Source: a virus
Taxonomy: Duplodnaviria > Caudoviricetes
Strand: one strand, 5' to 3'
IMG/VR virus record: IMGVR_UViG_2923084042_000004
Location: 8,768-72,767 of that record
Length of the DNA: 64,000 bases
Within the stretch, counting starts at the first letter, position 1. Each line of letters starts with the position of its first letter. Both the position numbers and the translations under genes were made by a program. Shown here piece after piece: positions 27,465 to 35,707 of the stretch. Below the pieces are notes generated by a model. It searched no databases. It was not told the origin of the DNA and saw nothing but the letters and a program-made list of their open reading frames with translations.

Positions 27465-27554
27465 ATGTTAACGGCTTTATCAATCGTAATTACGGCGGCG
27501 GCCCTGATCGTTGCGGTCGTGGGGTTAACCGTCGCACTCAAACGGAGGCGATAA
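27465..27554 (+). CDS. 29-aa single-TM peptide with basic tail (type I toxin/holin-like)
   Basis: Read manually: MLTALSIVITAAALIVAVVGLTVALKRRR; SD AAGGAGG. Confidence 0.7.
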   Translation: MLTALSIVITAAALIVAVVGLTVALKRRR

Positions 27555-27558
27555 CGGT

Positions 27559-27762
27559 ATGCAGCAGCTTATGATTCGCAAAATATGGTCGGATACACCG
27601 GCACTTACACCGCAGCAGGAAGCGCAGATCCTCGATCTATACGAGCGCCCCGCCGCCAATTTCGGTCGATGTGGGCGCGCTTACCAAATTGGGATCAATT
27701 CGATGTTACAATATTTCGGCTATCGGATCGAAGTCGAAACGGAGGCTATGAACGATGATTGA
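27559..27762 (+). CDS. Hypothetical protein
   Basis: 67 aa; GGAGG SD; operonic. Confidence 0.65.
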   Translation: MQQLMIRKIWSDTPALTPQQEAQILDLYERPAANFGRCGRAYQIGINSMLQYFGYRIEVETEAMNDD

Positions 27763-27871
27763 ATACGCTTGTAACGAATGTAATTACGCAAGACTTGACG
27801 TAAAAATAGAGCCTGACGCGTGCTGCCCTACGTGTGGAGCGCGCCTGCAGGTCGAGGAGGAAATCGTATGA
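27755..27871 (+). CDS. Small zinc-ribbon protein (38 aa)
   Basis: Read manually: MIEYACNECNY..CCPTCGARL, two CxxC pairs. Confidence 0.65.
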   Translation: MIEYACNECNYARLDVKIEPDACCPTCGARLQVEEEIV

Positions 27872-28305
27872 AACGTTTATTTAAATCAATCGTAATCACC
27901 GCGGCTTTATTGACGAGTACTATCGCCTTAGCACCACAAGCAGACGCAGCATGGTCGGGATGGCAGACGGAGAAGTTTGGACATAAAGCGCGCGTTTATA
28001 CGGATGCGACTACGTATACAAGCAGCGCAAAGTCGGTCGATTGGAAAGCCGAAAAGAAAGGCGCGGCCACGCTTTATTACACGGCCGGCGTATATAAAAA
28101 GCGCTCAGGTGGCGGGCTGACCGATACGGGTTTAGTGCAGCGCGGAAGCTTTAAGACCGAAACGCCGCTGAAGTCGTTTAGCGTAAAGTCGATTCGCGGT
28201 AAGACTGGCGCCGGTAGCTACGTGATCCAGGTCGATTGTTATACGGATTCGGGCAAGAGCCACTATATCGGAACTTTTGAGTCGGCGCGTTTTAACGTGA
28301 AATAA
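27868..28305 (+). CDS. Secreted basic beta-rich protein of unknown function
   Basis: True start ATG 27868 after GAGGAGG; Sec signal MKRLFKSIVITAALLTSTIALAPQADA with A-D-A cleavage site. Confidence 0.8.
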   Translation: MKRLFKSIVITAALLTSTIALAPQADAAWSGWQTEKFGHKARVYTDATTYTSSAKSVDWKAEKKGAATLYYTAGVYKKRSGGGLTDTGLVQRGSFKTETPLKSFSVKSIRGKTGAGSYVIQVDCYTDSGKSHYIGTFESARFNVK

Positions 28306-28447
28306 GCGTGTGTGAGCCGTTTTAAGCTGCGAGGTACTTAGTGTACCTGATCGGCGCTAAGGCGGCTCTTTCGCTTTGATTTCGTGGTATAATCGTTCTA
28401 TACGGAGGTTGAAGCGATGGAAACGAAAGACTACGAAAAATATTTAA

Positions 28448-28490
28448 ACGCAAAAATAAAGACGCCTTAACGGGCGTCCTTTTTCGTTTT
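28448..28490. terminator. Bidirectional intrinsic terminator
   Basis: AAAGACGCC-TTAAC-GGGCGTCCTTTTT with A/T runs on both sides. Confidence 0.8.
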
Positions 28491-28578
28491 ATGCTCCTCT
28501 AACGATACCCTCTAACGGACTAGCTCCTCGCGGCATTCCGTATAATTGCGGCCCTGCGCCCGGATTTAATTCTCCCAT
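28489..28578 (-). CDS. Orphan arbitrium-peptide concatemer MGELNPGAGPQLYGMPRGASPLEGIVRGA (no signal peptide)
   Basis: Read manually; SD GGAGGTGA 5 nt before ATG; extended -10 TGGTATAAT at 28607-28615; terminator directly after the stop; contains GMPRGA (28522-28539) and C-terminal GIVRGA (28492-28509). Confidence 0.88.
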   Translation of the reverse strand: MGELNPGAGPQLYGMPRGASPLEGIVRGA

Positions 28579-28607
28579 TCGACTCACCTCCGACCTACAT
28601 AGTAAAA

Positions 28608-29051
28608 TTATACCACGCGCGCTTTCCTTTTCGCACCTATATTCGACCATATCGCGTCCTGCTTCCGTTTATTCTCGGCAGCCTCCGGAAACATGCGAAA
28701 AAACTCGGCTTCGTCTTCGATCGGCTTTCGGAAATAATAGACGAGGTTCTTCGCGCCACCTCCGTTCTCTACCGTCTGTATAAGTTGCGCCTGGACTAGC
28801 GTTTTGACCGCGTTACGATACGTTGAGTCGCTTATAGCCAGCGCCCTAGCCGCCTGTTCTTGCGTCGGAAAGGCGTAACCGTAGTCCGCGTTATAAAACT
28901 TCAGCAGAAACGCGTATACCAACACGGCGTTACCGTTCAGCTTCGGAAAGTATTGATAATGCGTAAGAATAACGTTAGGTATGCCCGTATAGCCCGCCGC
29001 AGTATCAAACGGTAGGGCCTTCGCTTTATCGCTCATATAATCGTCCTCCAC
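28608..29051 (-). CDS. Helix-turn-helix (HTH_36-like) replication-initiator-type protein
   Basis: GYTGIPN..LVYAFLL..GYAFPTQEQAARALAISDST...VKTL...LI. Confidence 0.8.
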   Translation of the reverse strand: MEDDYMSDKAKALPFDTAAGYTGIPNVILTHYQYFPKLNGNAVLVYAFLLKFYNADYGYAFPTQEQAARALAISDSTYRNAVKTLVQAQLIQTVENGGGAKNLVYYFRKPIEDEAEFFRMFPEAAENKRKQDAIWSNIGAKRKARVV

Positions 29052-29067
29052 TTAAATAATATTCGAC

Positions 29068-29247
29068 TTAAGCCGGCTTACGGCGCTGCCACTCCGTCAA
29101 TAAACGATCGAGTTCGGGCGTACGCGCATATTGCCAAAACTTCCGTAAAGTATTTTCGTTCAGGCCTACGCAGATATAGCGTTGGTTGTGGTCGCGCAGG
29201 AATTCGTATAGATTCGCAGAATAGCAGTAATAATAGCCGTTTTGCAT
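29068..29247 (-). CDS. Small protein of the type often found upstream of Firmicute HTH rep genes (DUF5659-like)
   Basis: Read manually: MQNGYYYCYSANLYEFLRDHNQRYICVGLNENTLRKFWQYARTPELDRLLTEW; SD GGAGGTG. Confidence 0.65.
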   Translation of the reverse strand: MQNGYYYCYSANLYEFLRDHNQRYICVGLNENTLRKFWQYARTPELDRLLTEWQRRKPA

Positions 29248-29314
29248 TCGGTCGCACCTCCGTAAATATATAAATAAAAAGGCGCCTATGCGCCCGTATG
29301 CGTAATTCCCGCAA

Positions 29315-29779
29315 CTACATGAAATTATATCTAGTTATCTTATTTTTTAAACTTTTATCGAATTTATTTGTAATATAGTTAAATAAATCCACTGTATCTT
29401 CATCAAAATAACACCAATCCCGTTCATTTTTAGGATCTTCCCTATTCCAGTAATTTCTCGACCACTCATTTAACGATTCTTTTTCAGTTACTTTATATTG
29501 GTTTTCTTTAGTAGGAACCAGTAAGTAGACATACTCATGATTTCCGCAAACAAAATAATTATCAACAAACAGAAGTAAGTCTGAGTACATTTGCTTTCGG
29601 TAATCTCTGTACCTCATGTCTGCGTAGTCGTCTTTTTCTAGTCCTGCATATTTATTTAGTTTTTTCAGTTCATTAGTATTAATCAATTGATTCTTTTCGA
29701 AAACCTCGGTCTGTGAGAACCCGACAATAGGACTGTTCTTAACCAATTTATCTACGTGTTTTCTATATCTACTCTTCAT
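29315..29779 (-). CDS. AT-rich hypothetical protein
   Basis: 154 aa; SD AAGGGGAG; composition unlike the flanks. Confidence 0.65.
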   Translation of the reverse strand: MKSRYRKHVDKLVKNSPIVGFSQTEVFEKNQLINTNELKKLNKYAGLEKDDYADMRYRDYRKQMYSDLLLFVDNYFVCGNHEYVYLLVPTKENQYKVTEKESLNEWSRNYWNREDPKNERDWCYFDEDTVDLFNYITNKFDKSLKNKITRYNFM

Positions 29780-29812
29780 AGGATCTCCCCTTACTTTTTA
29801 GGTTTTAAACCG

Positions 29813-30451
29813 TCACCACGCAAGTGAGTTAGGATGCTCTACCCTTTCGCCTGTTGCGATATTGACCGTAAACTGGCCGTCCGTACGTCCGTTGATAAAA
29901 TCGTTGTAGCGCTTTCGACGTTGTTTGTTGAGCGACTTGGCGCGCGCATCAACGAAAATAGATTCGTAGGTTGATAACGACCGGCGCTTTGGTTCGGCAC
30001 GATTGCGACCGTTCTGATCGTATTCTTCCGCCAGCTTGCCGGATCGCTCTCCGTTCTTGCGCGTCGTTTCCAGGCGTTCGCTCATGATCGGATATTCCGC
30101 CTTCATTTTATTTTTATTCGTATCGGTTAATTCTTCGAAAAGTACGAGATCTGCCATGCGATCTAACGCGATGGAGTCCGGTTCTTTGTCAGTCGCGTCC
30201 ATATAAGCGTCAGTAAGCGCTGTGATTCGTTCTAAGCGCGCTACACGATCGGGGATATAAATGGACCGCAAGCCAAGGCCGGCGTGATCTTCCGACTTAT
30301 ACGCAACAATTTCGCCCCCAACCAACACGCGATCGCCTTCTTGCGGCTGGCCGGAAACGCAGCGCCAAGCTAATGGGCCGCCCGTCTTATAATCGTGTCT
30401 GACGTCGAGCTGCAATTCCGTAATCATTTCGTGCAATAAAGCGTTATCCAT
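29813..30451 (-). CDS. Hypothetical phage protein
   Basis: 212 aa; coupled to the upstream sigma-region-4 gene. Confidence 0.7.
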   Translation of the reverse strand: MDNALLHEMITELQLDVRHDYKTGGPLAWRCVSGQPQEGDRVLVGGEIVAYKSEDHAGLGLRSIYIPDRVARLERITALTDAYMDATDKEPDSIALDRMADLVLFEELTDTNKNKMKAEYPIMSERLETTRKNGERSGKLAEEYDQNGRNRAEPKRRSLSTYESIFVDARAKSLNKQRRKRYNDFINGRTDGQFTVNIATGERVEHPNSLAW

Positions 30452-30834
30452 TAATTCGTCCCCCTTATCGCGTAGCCTTCGCCGTGGCTCGCCCAGTAGT
30501 AATAAACATCCGTTAAACTATCGACAGCTGCGTTTAAGTGAAATACGACGGCTTGTTGCGTAATGCCCATCCGTTCGCCCGCCTCGGCTTGCGTTAGTTC
30601 GCCGAAGTAAACGAGCTCGATCGCCTGGCGCTGGCGGTCCGTTAAATTCGCTAATTCGAGCGCCTTGTGAATATCGATAAGAATCGTAGCCGCGTCGTAA
30701 TCTCCGCATCGCTTACGGCTGATGAACTTCTGATAATCGGCGAGTAATAGCTTAACGCCTTCTGCGTTATCGAGCGCATAGGCTGAGTCGAATTCTCGTT
30801 CCTTTCGGTGTAGATCGACTTTTACTGAACCCAT
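30451..30834 (-). CDS. Sigma-70 region 4 HTH protein (probable late activator)
   Basis: LTDRQRQAIELVYFGELTQAEAGERMGITQQAV. Confidence 0.85.
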   Translation of the reverse strand: MGSVKVDLHRKEREFDSAYALDNAEGVKLLLADYQKFISRKRCGDYDAATILIDIHKALELANLTDRQRQAIELVYFGELTQAEAGERMGITQQAVVFHLNAAVDSLTDVYYYWASHGEGYAIRGTN

Positions 30835-30869
30835 TCGTAATTCCTCCTGTCTGCAATTTAGTAATCGCG

Positions 30870-32180
30870 CTATCTATCGAAATAATTGCGAACGATTTCG
30901 TCCTGCCAATCGAAATCAAATGAGCTCACCATACGTCCATTCCATTCGATCTCATCACCGGCGCCTAACGTTAACTCGTTCCATCGGTAAGGGCCGTCTG
31001 AGAACGTTCTTTCCGCATCCCTCAGTCCGTCACATTGACCGTTACCGTGTGAGAAGAAAAACGCTTCAGTTCCCTTGTCGATTCCGTGCCAGCTCGGTAA
31101 ATGCGGGTATAGATTTTCGCGCATAAGGTTATCGTCAGTGAAATCGTCAACAAGTTCGTCAAGTTGCGTTAGACCCTCACCCGACGCATCTGTTGACTTT
31201 CCTTTCGCATCCCATCCAATATCTATTACTTGCGCAAAATAAGCAGGCGGCTGACCTTCGAGAAATTTTGCGTTATATTCCGATATGTCGGTGTCACCGC
31301 CTCTTCTGAAATTTGAGCGCCATTTCGTAGTTGCCGGCGGTATTAACTCCGTTCTAGGTGGTGCTTTACGCAGTATTAATATCTGCGTAGGAATCGTAGT
31401 ACCTACGTGTTGGAACGTTTCTCCCGGAAGTAAAATAGTCGCGACCTGCCAGCACGTTTCGTGCATGAGCTTTCGAAGTTTGGTCGCATAATTTCCGTAG
31501 GATAATCCCAATGGAAGTACAAACGCAATATAACCGCCGGGCTTAACCGTTTTGATAGCGAGTTCGATAAAAGCAACCTCCGACTTGCCTCCGTATTCTC
31601 CCTTCTTTTTAGTAATTGACCGCCACTCCTCGCCTTCTTGCGGCTCGAACTTAACGTTTACTCCATATGGCGGGTTGCCGATTACCAGATCGTAATAATC
31701 TCGGCGACCATGTACTAGCGCATTCCCTTCGATAATCTCAGCGTCTGGATATAACAGCGTTGTTACTTTCGCGCTTGTACTATCGAGTTCTAACGCTGTG
31801 ATGTCGGCGGCCTTCGGTGCATGTTCGAGAAATACACCGGCACCAACGGAAGGTTCCAGAACCTTCGGAGTCTCAGGCAGCCGTGGCTTTAACACATCCC
31901 ATACGAACTTTGCAATGTGAGTAGGCGTGAAAAAGGCTCCACCGCTAAAGGCATTCGGTAGTAACCCGCCTGCCGACGTATAATTTTGCCGTAAGAATTC
32001 GATATCTTCTTCGGTTATTTGGTCGCGATCCTTCGCGATGATTTCCATCGACTTAACGTTTCCTTCCCAGCGTTTACGATCGGCTTTTCCTATAACAATC
32101 GCCCCCTTATCGTTTGACTTTCGCCCTGAAAGCGAATATAATTTCCGTATAATGTATAACCGAGGTGGTTTCCGTGGCAA
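30870..32180 (-). CDS. N6-adenine DNA methyltransferase (gamma-type; real start probably ATA at 32093)
   Basis: AFFTP, VLEPSVGAGVF (motif I) and VIGNPPY (motif IV). Confidence 0.92.
   Translation of the reverse strand: MPRKPPRLYIIRKLYSLSGRKSNDKGAIVIGKADRKRWEGNVKSMEIIAKDRDQITEEDIEFLRQNYTSAGGLLPNAFSGGAFFTPTHIAKFVWDVLKPRLPETPKVLEPSVGAGVFLEHAPKAADITALELDSTSAKVTTLLYPDAEIIEGNALVHGRRDYYDLVIGNPPYGVNVKFEPQEGEEWRSITKKKGEYGGKSEVAFIELAIKTVKPGGYIAFVLPLGLSYGNYATKLRKLMHETCWQVATILLPGETFQHVGTTIPTQILILRKAPPRTELIPPATTKWRSNFRRGGDTDISEYNAKFLEGQPPAYFAQVIDIGWDAKGKSTDASGEGLTQLDELVDDFTDDNLMRENLYPHLPSWHGIDKGTEAFFFSHGNGQCDGLRDAERTFSDGPYRWNELTLGAGDEIEWNGRMVSSFDFDWQDEIVRNYFDR
32114..32142 (+). promoter_or_regulatory. 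Near-consensus SigA promoter for the plus-strand gene
   Basis: TTGACT-17-TATAAT. Confidence 0.75.
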
Positions 32181-32554
32181 TTAATTGGATATCAGCGCAG
32201 AATAACGACGCATATATAACGCTTGATTCGCAGAGAAGAATTTACATATCGTCTGGCGCTCGTAATATTATCGGGCTTCCTAACAAAGCACCGTTTTATT
32301 TAACGCTTGGATACGACGAGGAATCACGCCGGCTTGTTTGCGCAAAGCCCGAGAACGTAAAAGCTGACGTCGCACCGTTCAAATTCGATAAGCGTTCGTA
32401 TAATAAGGCCGCCAGCAAAGTTCTACAAACCGCAGGATTCCGCGAAGAAGACTTACCGTTGCGCTTCTACATGGTCGGCGAAGGTGAAGCCGCAAAACAG
32501 GCGTACGTGGCGTATCCTGAAGGCGTTTATGCTTTCGAGTTAAGTCGTATCTGA
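32174..32554 (+). CDS. Hypothetical protein with AbrB/MraZ-like N-terminus
   Basis: GTG start after GAGGTGG; ITLDSQRRIYIS...RNIIGL swapped-hairpin pattern. Confidence 0.6.
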   Translation: MAINWISAQNNDAYITLDSQRRIYISSGARNIIGLPNKAPFYLTLGYDEESRRLVCAKPENVKADVAPFKFDKRSYNKAASKVLQTAGFREEDLPLRFYMVGEGEAAKQAYVAYPEGVYAFELSRI

Positions 32555-33780
32555 TCCGCAAGCGCCCGTCCGATATACCACGCAACGCGCGAAGCAATTC
32601 CGTTCCCAACGATCCGATATTGCGCCGTTAAGGAAATATCGTCTGGCAGGACGTAAGTGTCTGGCGCAGATTGGATTCGGAGACATTCCCGGACGGTGAA
32701 ACGTCGGATTAGTCCGTCTATATTTGTTATTTCATTCGGTTTCTTCGCTGCATATGAAGCCAATACTGTCCTTGCTACGGTAGAACCATCATTAATCGGC
32801 ATTTTTCCAAAATTCGTCTTAGATTTGCCGTCAATCACGTTCTGGACGTATTTAGGAAGTCTATCTTCTGGTGTATGGTTTGGACAAGGCTCCGGCAAAT
32901 CCCCGATCACATCCCGTAACACCTGCGTTTGATAATCGCCTTCTAACGGCTTCGGAAACTCGAATGTGAAACCGAGGTCATTCCGCACACCAACTATAAA
33001 CACTCGCTCACGCTTCTGCGCTACACCGTAATCCCATGCGTTTATTACTTGCCAGCTAATCTCGTAACCTATTTCGTTAAATTTCTCGATAAGCGCATCG
33101 AATGTAGGACGATGGCGCTTCGTTATCAACCCTTTTACGTTTTCAAATACGAAGGCTTTCGGCTGCTTGTGTTTAATAATTTCGAGGTAACGCCATACTA
33201 ATTTACCACGTTCACCGTCAGCGCCGGCGCCTTTGCCTGCAACCGAGAAGTCCTGACACGGAGGACCACCGAATATAACGTCTGTGTTCGGCAGGTCATC
33301 GATATCAATTTCGTTAATGTCCGCCTGTTCTACGTAATCACCGAAGTTGTGGCGGTAGGCTTTGACGGCATTCTTATCGAAGTCCAACGCCTTCACGATA
33401 TGGTAGCCGGCCGCTTTGAATCCGATTGCGCCAAGTCCTCCTCCGCAGAATAGTTCGAGTACCGTCAGTCCATTTGCCGGCAGTTGCGGCGTTAAGTTAA
33501 AGTCGCCCATATATTCGCTCCTTTCGATTGATTCATTCGGATGTAAGTGGCATGTAGCTTTCGCCATTACCGACGCCGTGATCGTCAAAGCCGGCTCATC
33601 CCAAGACATTTTACGAAGATATGTCGTTTGACCACCTCCGCTATAAAACGCCCCTCTCATAAACGCCTTCTGTTCTTCTTCCGGAAGATCGCGCCAGTTA
33701 CCACCATCCGGAATCTTGTGCGCATAGGGTTTCTCATCATTTCGTAACCCGTATCCGTAATGATTCGGTATATTCATCAA
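32527..33780 (-). CDS. C5-cytosine DNA methyltransferase with an extra N-terminal TRD-like segment
   Basis: ELFCGGG, GGPPCQDFS, FENV, QKRERVF, RRFTVRECLRIQ, YRIVGN. Confidence 0.96.
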   Translation of the reverse strand: MMNIPNHYGYGLRNDEKPYAHKIPDGGNWRDLPEEEQKAFMRGAFYSGGGQTTYLRKMSWDEPALTITASVMAKATCHLHPNESIERSEYMGDFNLTPQLPANGLTVLELFCGGGLGAIGFKAAGYHIVKALDFDKNAVKAYRHNFGDYVEQADINEIDIDDLPNTDVIFGGPPCQDFSVAGKGAGADGERGKLVWRYLEIIKHKQPKAFVFENVKGLITKRHRPTFDALIEKFNEIGYEISWQVINAWDYGVAQKRERVFIVGVRNDLGFTFEFPKPLEGDYQTQVLRDVIGDLPEPCPNHTPEDRLPKYVQNVIDGKSKTNFGKMPINDGSTVARTVLASYAAKKPNEITNIDGLIRRFTVRECLRIQSAPDTYVLPDDISLTAQYRIVGNGIASRVAWYIGRALADQIRLNSKA

Positions 33781-34346
33781 ATCAACACCTCCGCCATCAA
33801 CGCGTCCAGTTTCGCGTATAATTCATCGATCGTACCATCGTTTGTAATTTCGTAATCAACTTCGAAATCCAGCAACGCAAGCTCGGTCGGATGCTTCAAC
33901 GCCGCCAAGTCGAAGTCATCACCGGCTTTTCTCGCGCGTTCAATCCGTATGTCTTCCGGTGCCGTGATGCGTATTAACTTAAACCCTTCGGAGCGCAGAC
34001 GGTTGTATTCGTTTAGCTGCCGGCAGTCCTCGACCAGTACGCGGTTCTTTAGCATTGGCGCTAGGCCGCCACCGCAGTCGCAAGTATGACGCGCCAAGTA
34101 AGCGTCCACCTTCGTCATAGTTGCGTTAACCCAGACGTCCTCGCCGAAAGCTTCTCGCGCCCACTGACCGAACTTTTGATAATACGCGCGTGGCTTCGGC
34201 TTTTCGGGTACGGTAGGGAATGCGCGATGGAAGGCGGCTTTGAGTTCGTCGCCGAATGCGAACGGATGGAAATCGTAGTGGAGCGATAAGTAACCGGCGG
34301 CTTCCGACTTGCCAGCGCGTAATGGCGCGGTTAGGGCGAGTTTCAT
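33777..34346 (-). CDS. Deoxynucleoside monophosphate kinase
   Basis: P-loop-like APLRAGKS; FGDELK; EDCRQLNE; ITNDGTIDEL. Confidence 0.8.
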   Translation of the reverse strand: MKLALTAPLRAGKSEAAGYLSLHYDFHPFAFGDELKAAFHRAFPTVPEKPKPRAYYQKFGQWAREAFGEDVWVNATMTKVDAYLARHTCDCGGGLAPMLKNRVLVEDCRQLNEYNRLRSEGFKLIRITAPEDIRIERARKAGDDFDLAALKHPTELALLDFEVDYEITNDGTIDELYAKLDALMAEVLI

Positions 34347-35101
34347 GGGCGCATCAACAACCTTTCGATAATTGCCGCCAATTCATCCGCGGTAAATAAC
34401 TTTTCGCCTTTAACTCCGGTCACACTTTCCTTTAACCGCGCCAATTCCTCGCCGAGCGTCAGGTTGTCTTTGTGTAGCGTGTCGATTTCGTTTTCGAGGC
34501 GTTCAACTGTGCGCTTCAATTTCGCAACTTCTTGCGCTACGTTGCCGATAGCGAAAACCGCATCGACTGGCTGCGGTTCGTCGGCTTCGGTGGATTCGAT
34601 CGGGACGAGTACGCGATAATCTTCTTCAGTTCCGTCTAAGTACGTCTCACCATTTTCCCCCTCGACTAAATAAACGGAACCATCGACATAGTCGCTATCC
34701 ACCTCTTTAACTGTATCGACATGCCCAACCGCATAATCATAACTAGCTGTTACGATAACCATATCGCCTTTCCGCGCATTGTCATTATCCATTTCGTAGC
34801 GCTGACCGCCAATGCGAACGATGTCGGTCGGTTCGAGTACGTGGTATTCGCGATCATATAAGGCGACCAATTGCCCATTTGCGAGTATAGATTCCGCATA
34901 ATAACCGAGTCTTGAGTCGTCTTTTACGAATCGACTGACAAACGCCATATCACCGTTTCTATATTCGGATTGACAGTCAGCCTTAACAATAATTATTCTT
35001 TCGCCAACCTCCGCCTTCCGATCGACCTCTACGTATTCGCGCTTGATGCCGCCAAGTGTTTCGTCAGCCAGCACGTGGATTTTTTCGTTAGTTTCCGCCA
35101 T
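34343..35101 (-). CDS. Hypothetical phage protein (repeated SH3-like modules plus coiled coil)
   Basis: EVDRKAEVGERI / NARKGDMVIV repeats. Confidence 0.7.
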   Translation of the reverse strand: MAETNEKIHVLADETLGGIKREYVEVDRKAEVGERIIIVKADCQSEYRNGDMAFVSRFVKDDSRLGYYAESILANGQLVALYDREYHVLEPTDIVRIGGQRYEMDNDNARKGDMVIVTASYDYAVGHVDTVKEVDSDYVDGSVYLVEGENGETYLDGTEEDYRVLVPIESTEADEPQPVDAVFAIGNVAQEVAKLKRTVERLENEIDTLHKDNLTLGEELARLKESVTGVKGEKLFTADELAAIIERLLMRP

Positions 35102-35116
35102 TTATTCCGCCTCCCG

Positions 35117-35707
35117 TTAATTTATTACGCGAACCTGAACCGACTGCCGCCCGAACTGAACCGCGTCGGCTTCGTCCGCAACTAATACGTCAATCTTGGC
35201 GCCTTTAATGTAGCCGCCCGTATCCTGCGCCATGGCTTCAAACGTCGTGCCGTCCGCCTGTTTTATTTCAACCGTCGAACCCAACGCAATCACAGACGGA
35301 TCGACCGCTATAATACGCTTGCCGGCGTGGTAGATCGTTCCGGTTACGTCTAGGCCGGTCGCTGTTACGCCGCTACAACCTTCGGGGCAATCCGCCGTAT
35401 AAGCCGAAGCCTCGAACGTTTGCCATGCGTTTGGCGTTTCGTTAACACTTTCGTTATTCACCTTCGGTTTTGAGCGCTCCTTCGGCTTCGCATTGACCTC
35501 CGCCTTCAACGTCGCAACTTCGTCCTCAAGCGCCTTTATGCGTGCGTCCGCCTTCTGCAGCGCCGCCTCTTCTTCGGTAATGCGCGGCGGGTCTGGCGGC
35601 GGTGGCTCGGGCGGCTTGGCGGTCGGGTTCGTAAGTAATTGCGTTGACATCGCTAGATTCGTTAGTATACCGATGCTTACACCTCCTCGAAAAACTGGTC
35701 CGTCCAC
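35117..35707 (-). CDS. 3D-domain (MltA-like) cell-wall protein (real start probably ATC at 35674)
   Basis: ASAYT..TATG..IAVDPSVIALGS..AQDTGGYIKG.KIDV..FGRQ. Confidence 0.9.
   Translation of the reverse strand: MDGPVFRGGVSIGILTNLAMSTQLLTNPTAKPPEPPPPDPPRITEEEAALQKADARIKALEDEVATLKAEVNAKPKERSKPKVNNESVNETPNAWQTFEASAYTADCPEGCSGVTATGLDVTGTIYHAGKRIIAVDPSVIALGSTVEIKQADGTTFEAMAQDTGGYIKGAKIDVLVADEADAVQFGRQSVQVRVIN

Noticed and set aside
28417-28470. Tiny ORF METKDYEKYLNAKIKTP with SD and TGGTATAAT promoter
   Set aside because: It runs into the terminator hairpin and looks like a truncated remnant; no function can be supported, though its transcript converges on the arbitrium-mimic gene.
29078-29314. 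78-aa ORF from the track
   Set aside because: A different frame (29068-29247) has the SD and a recognisable protein pattern.
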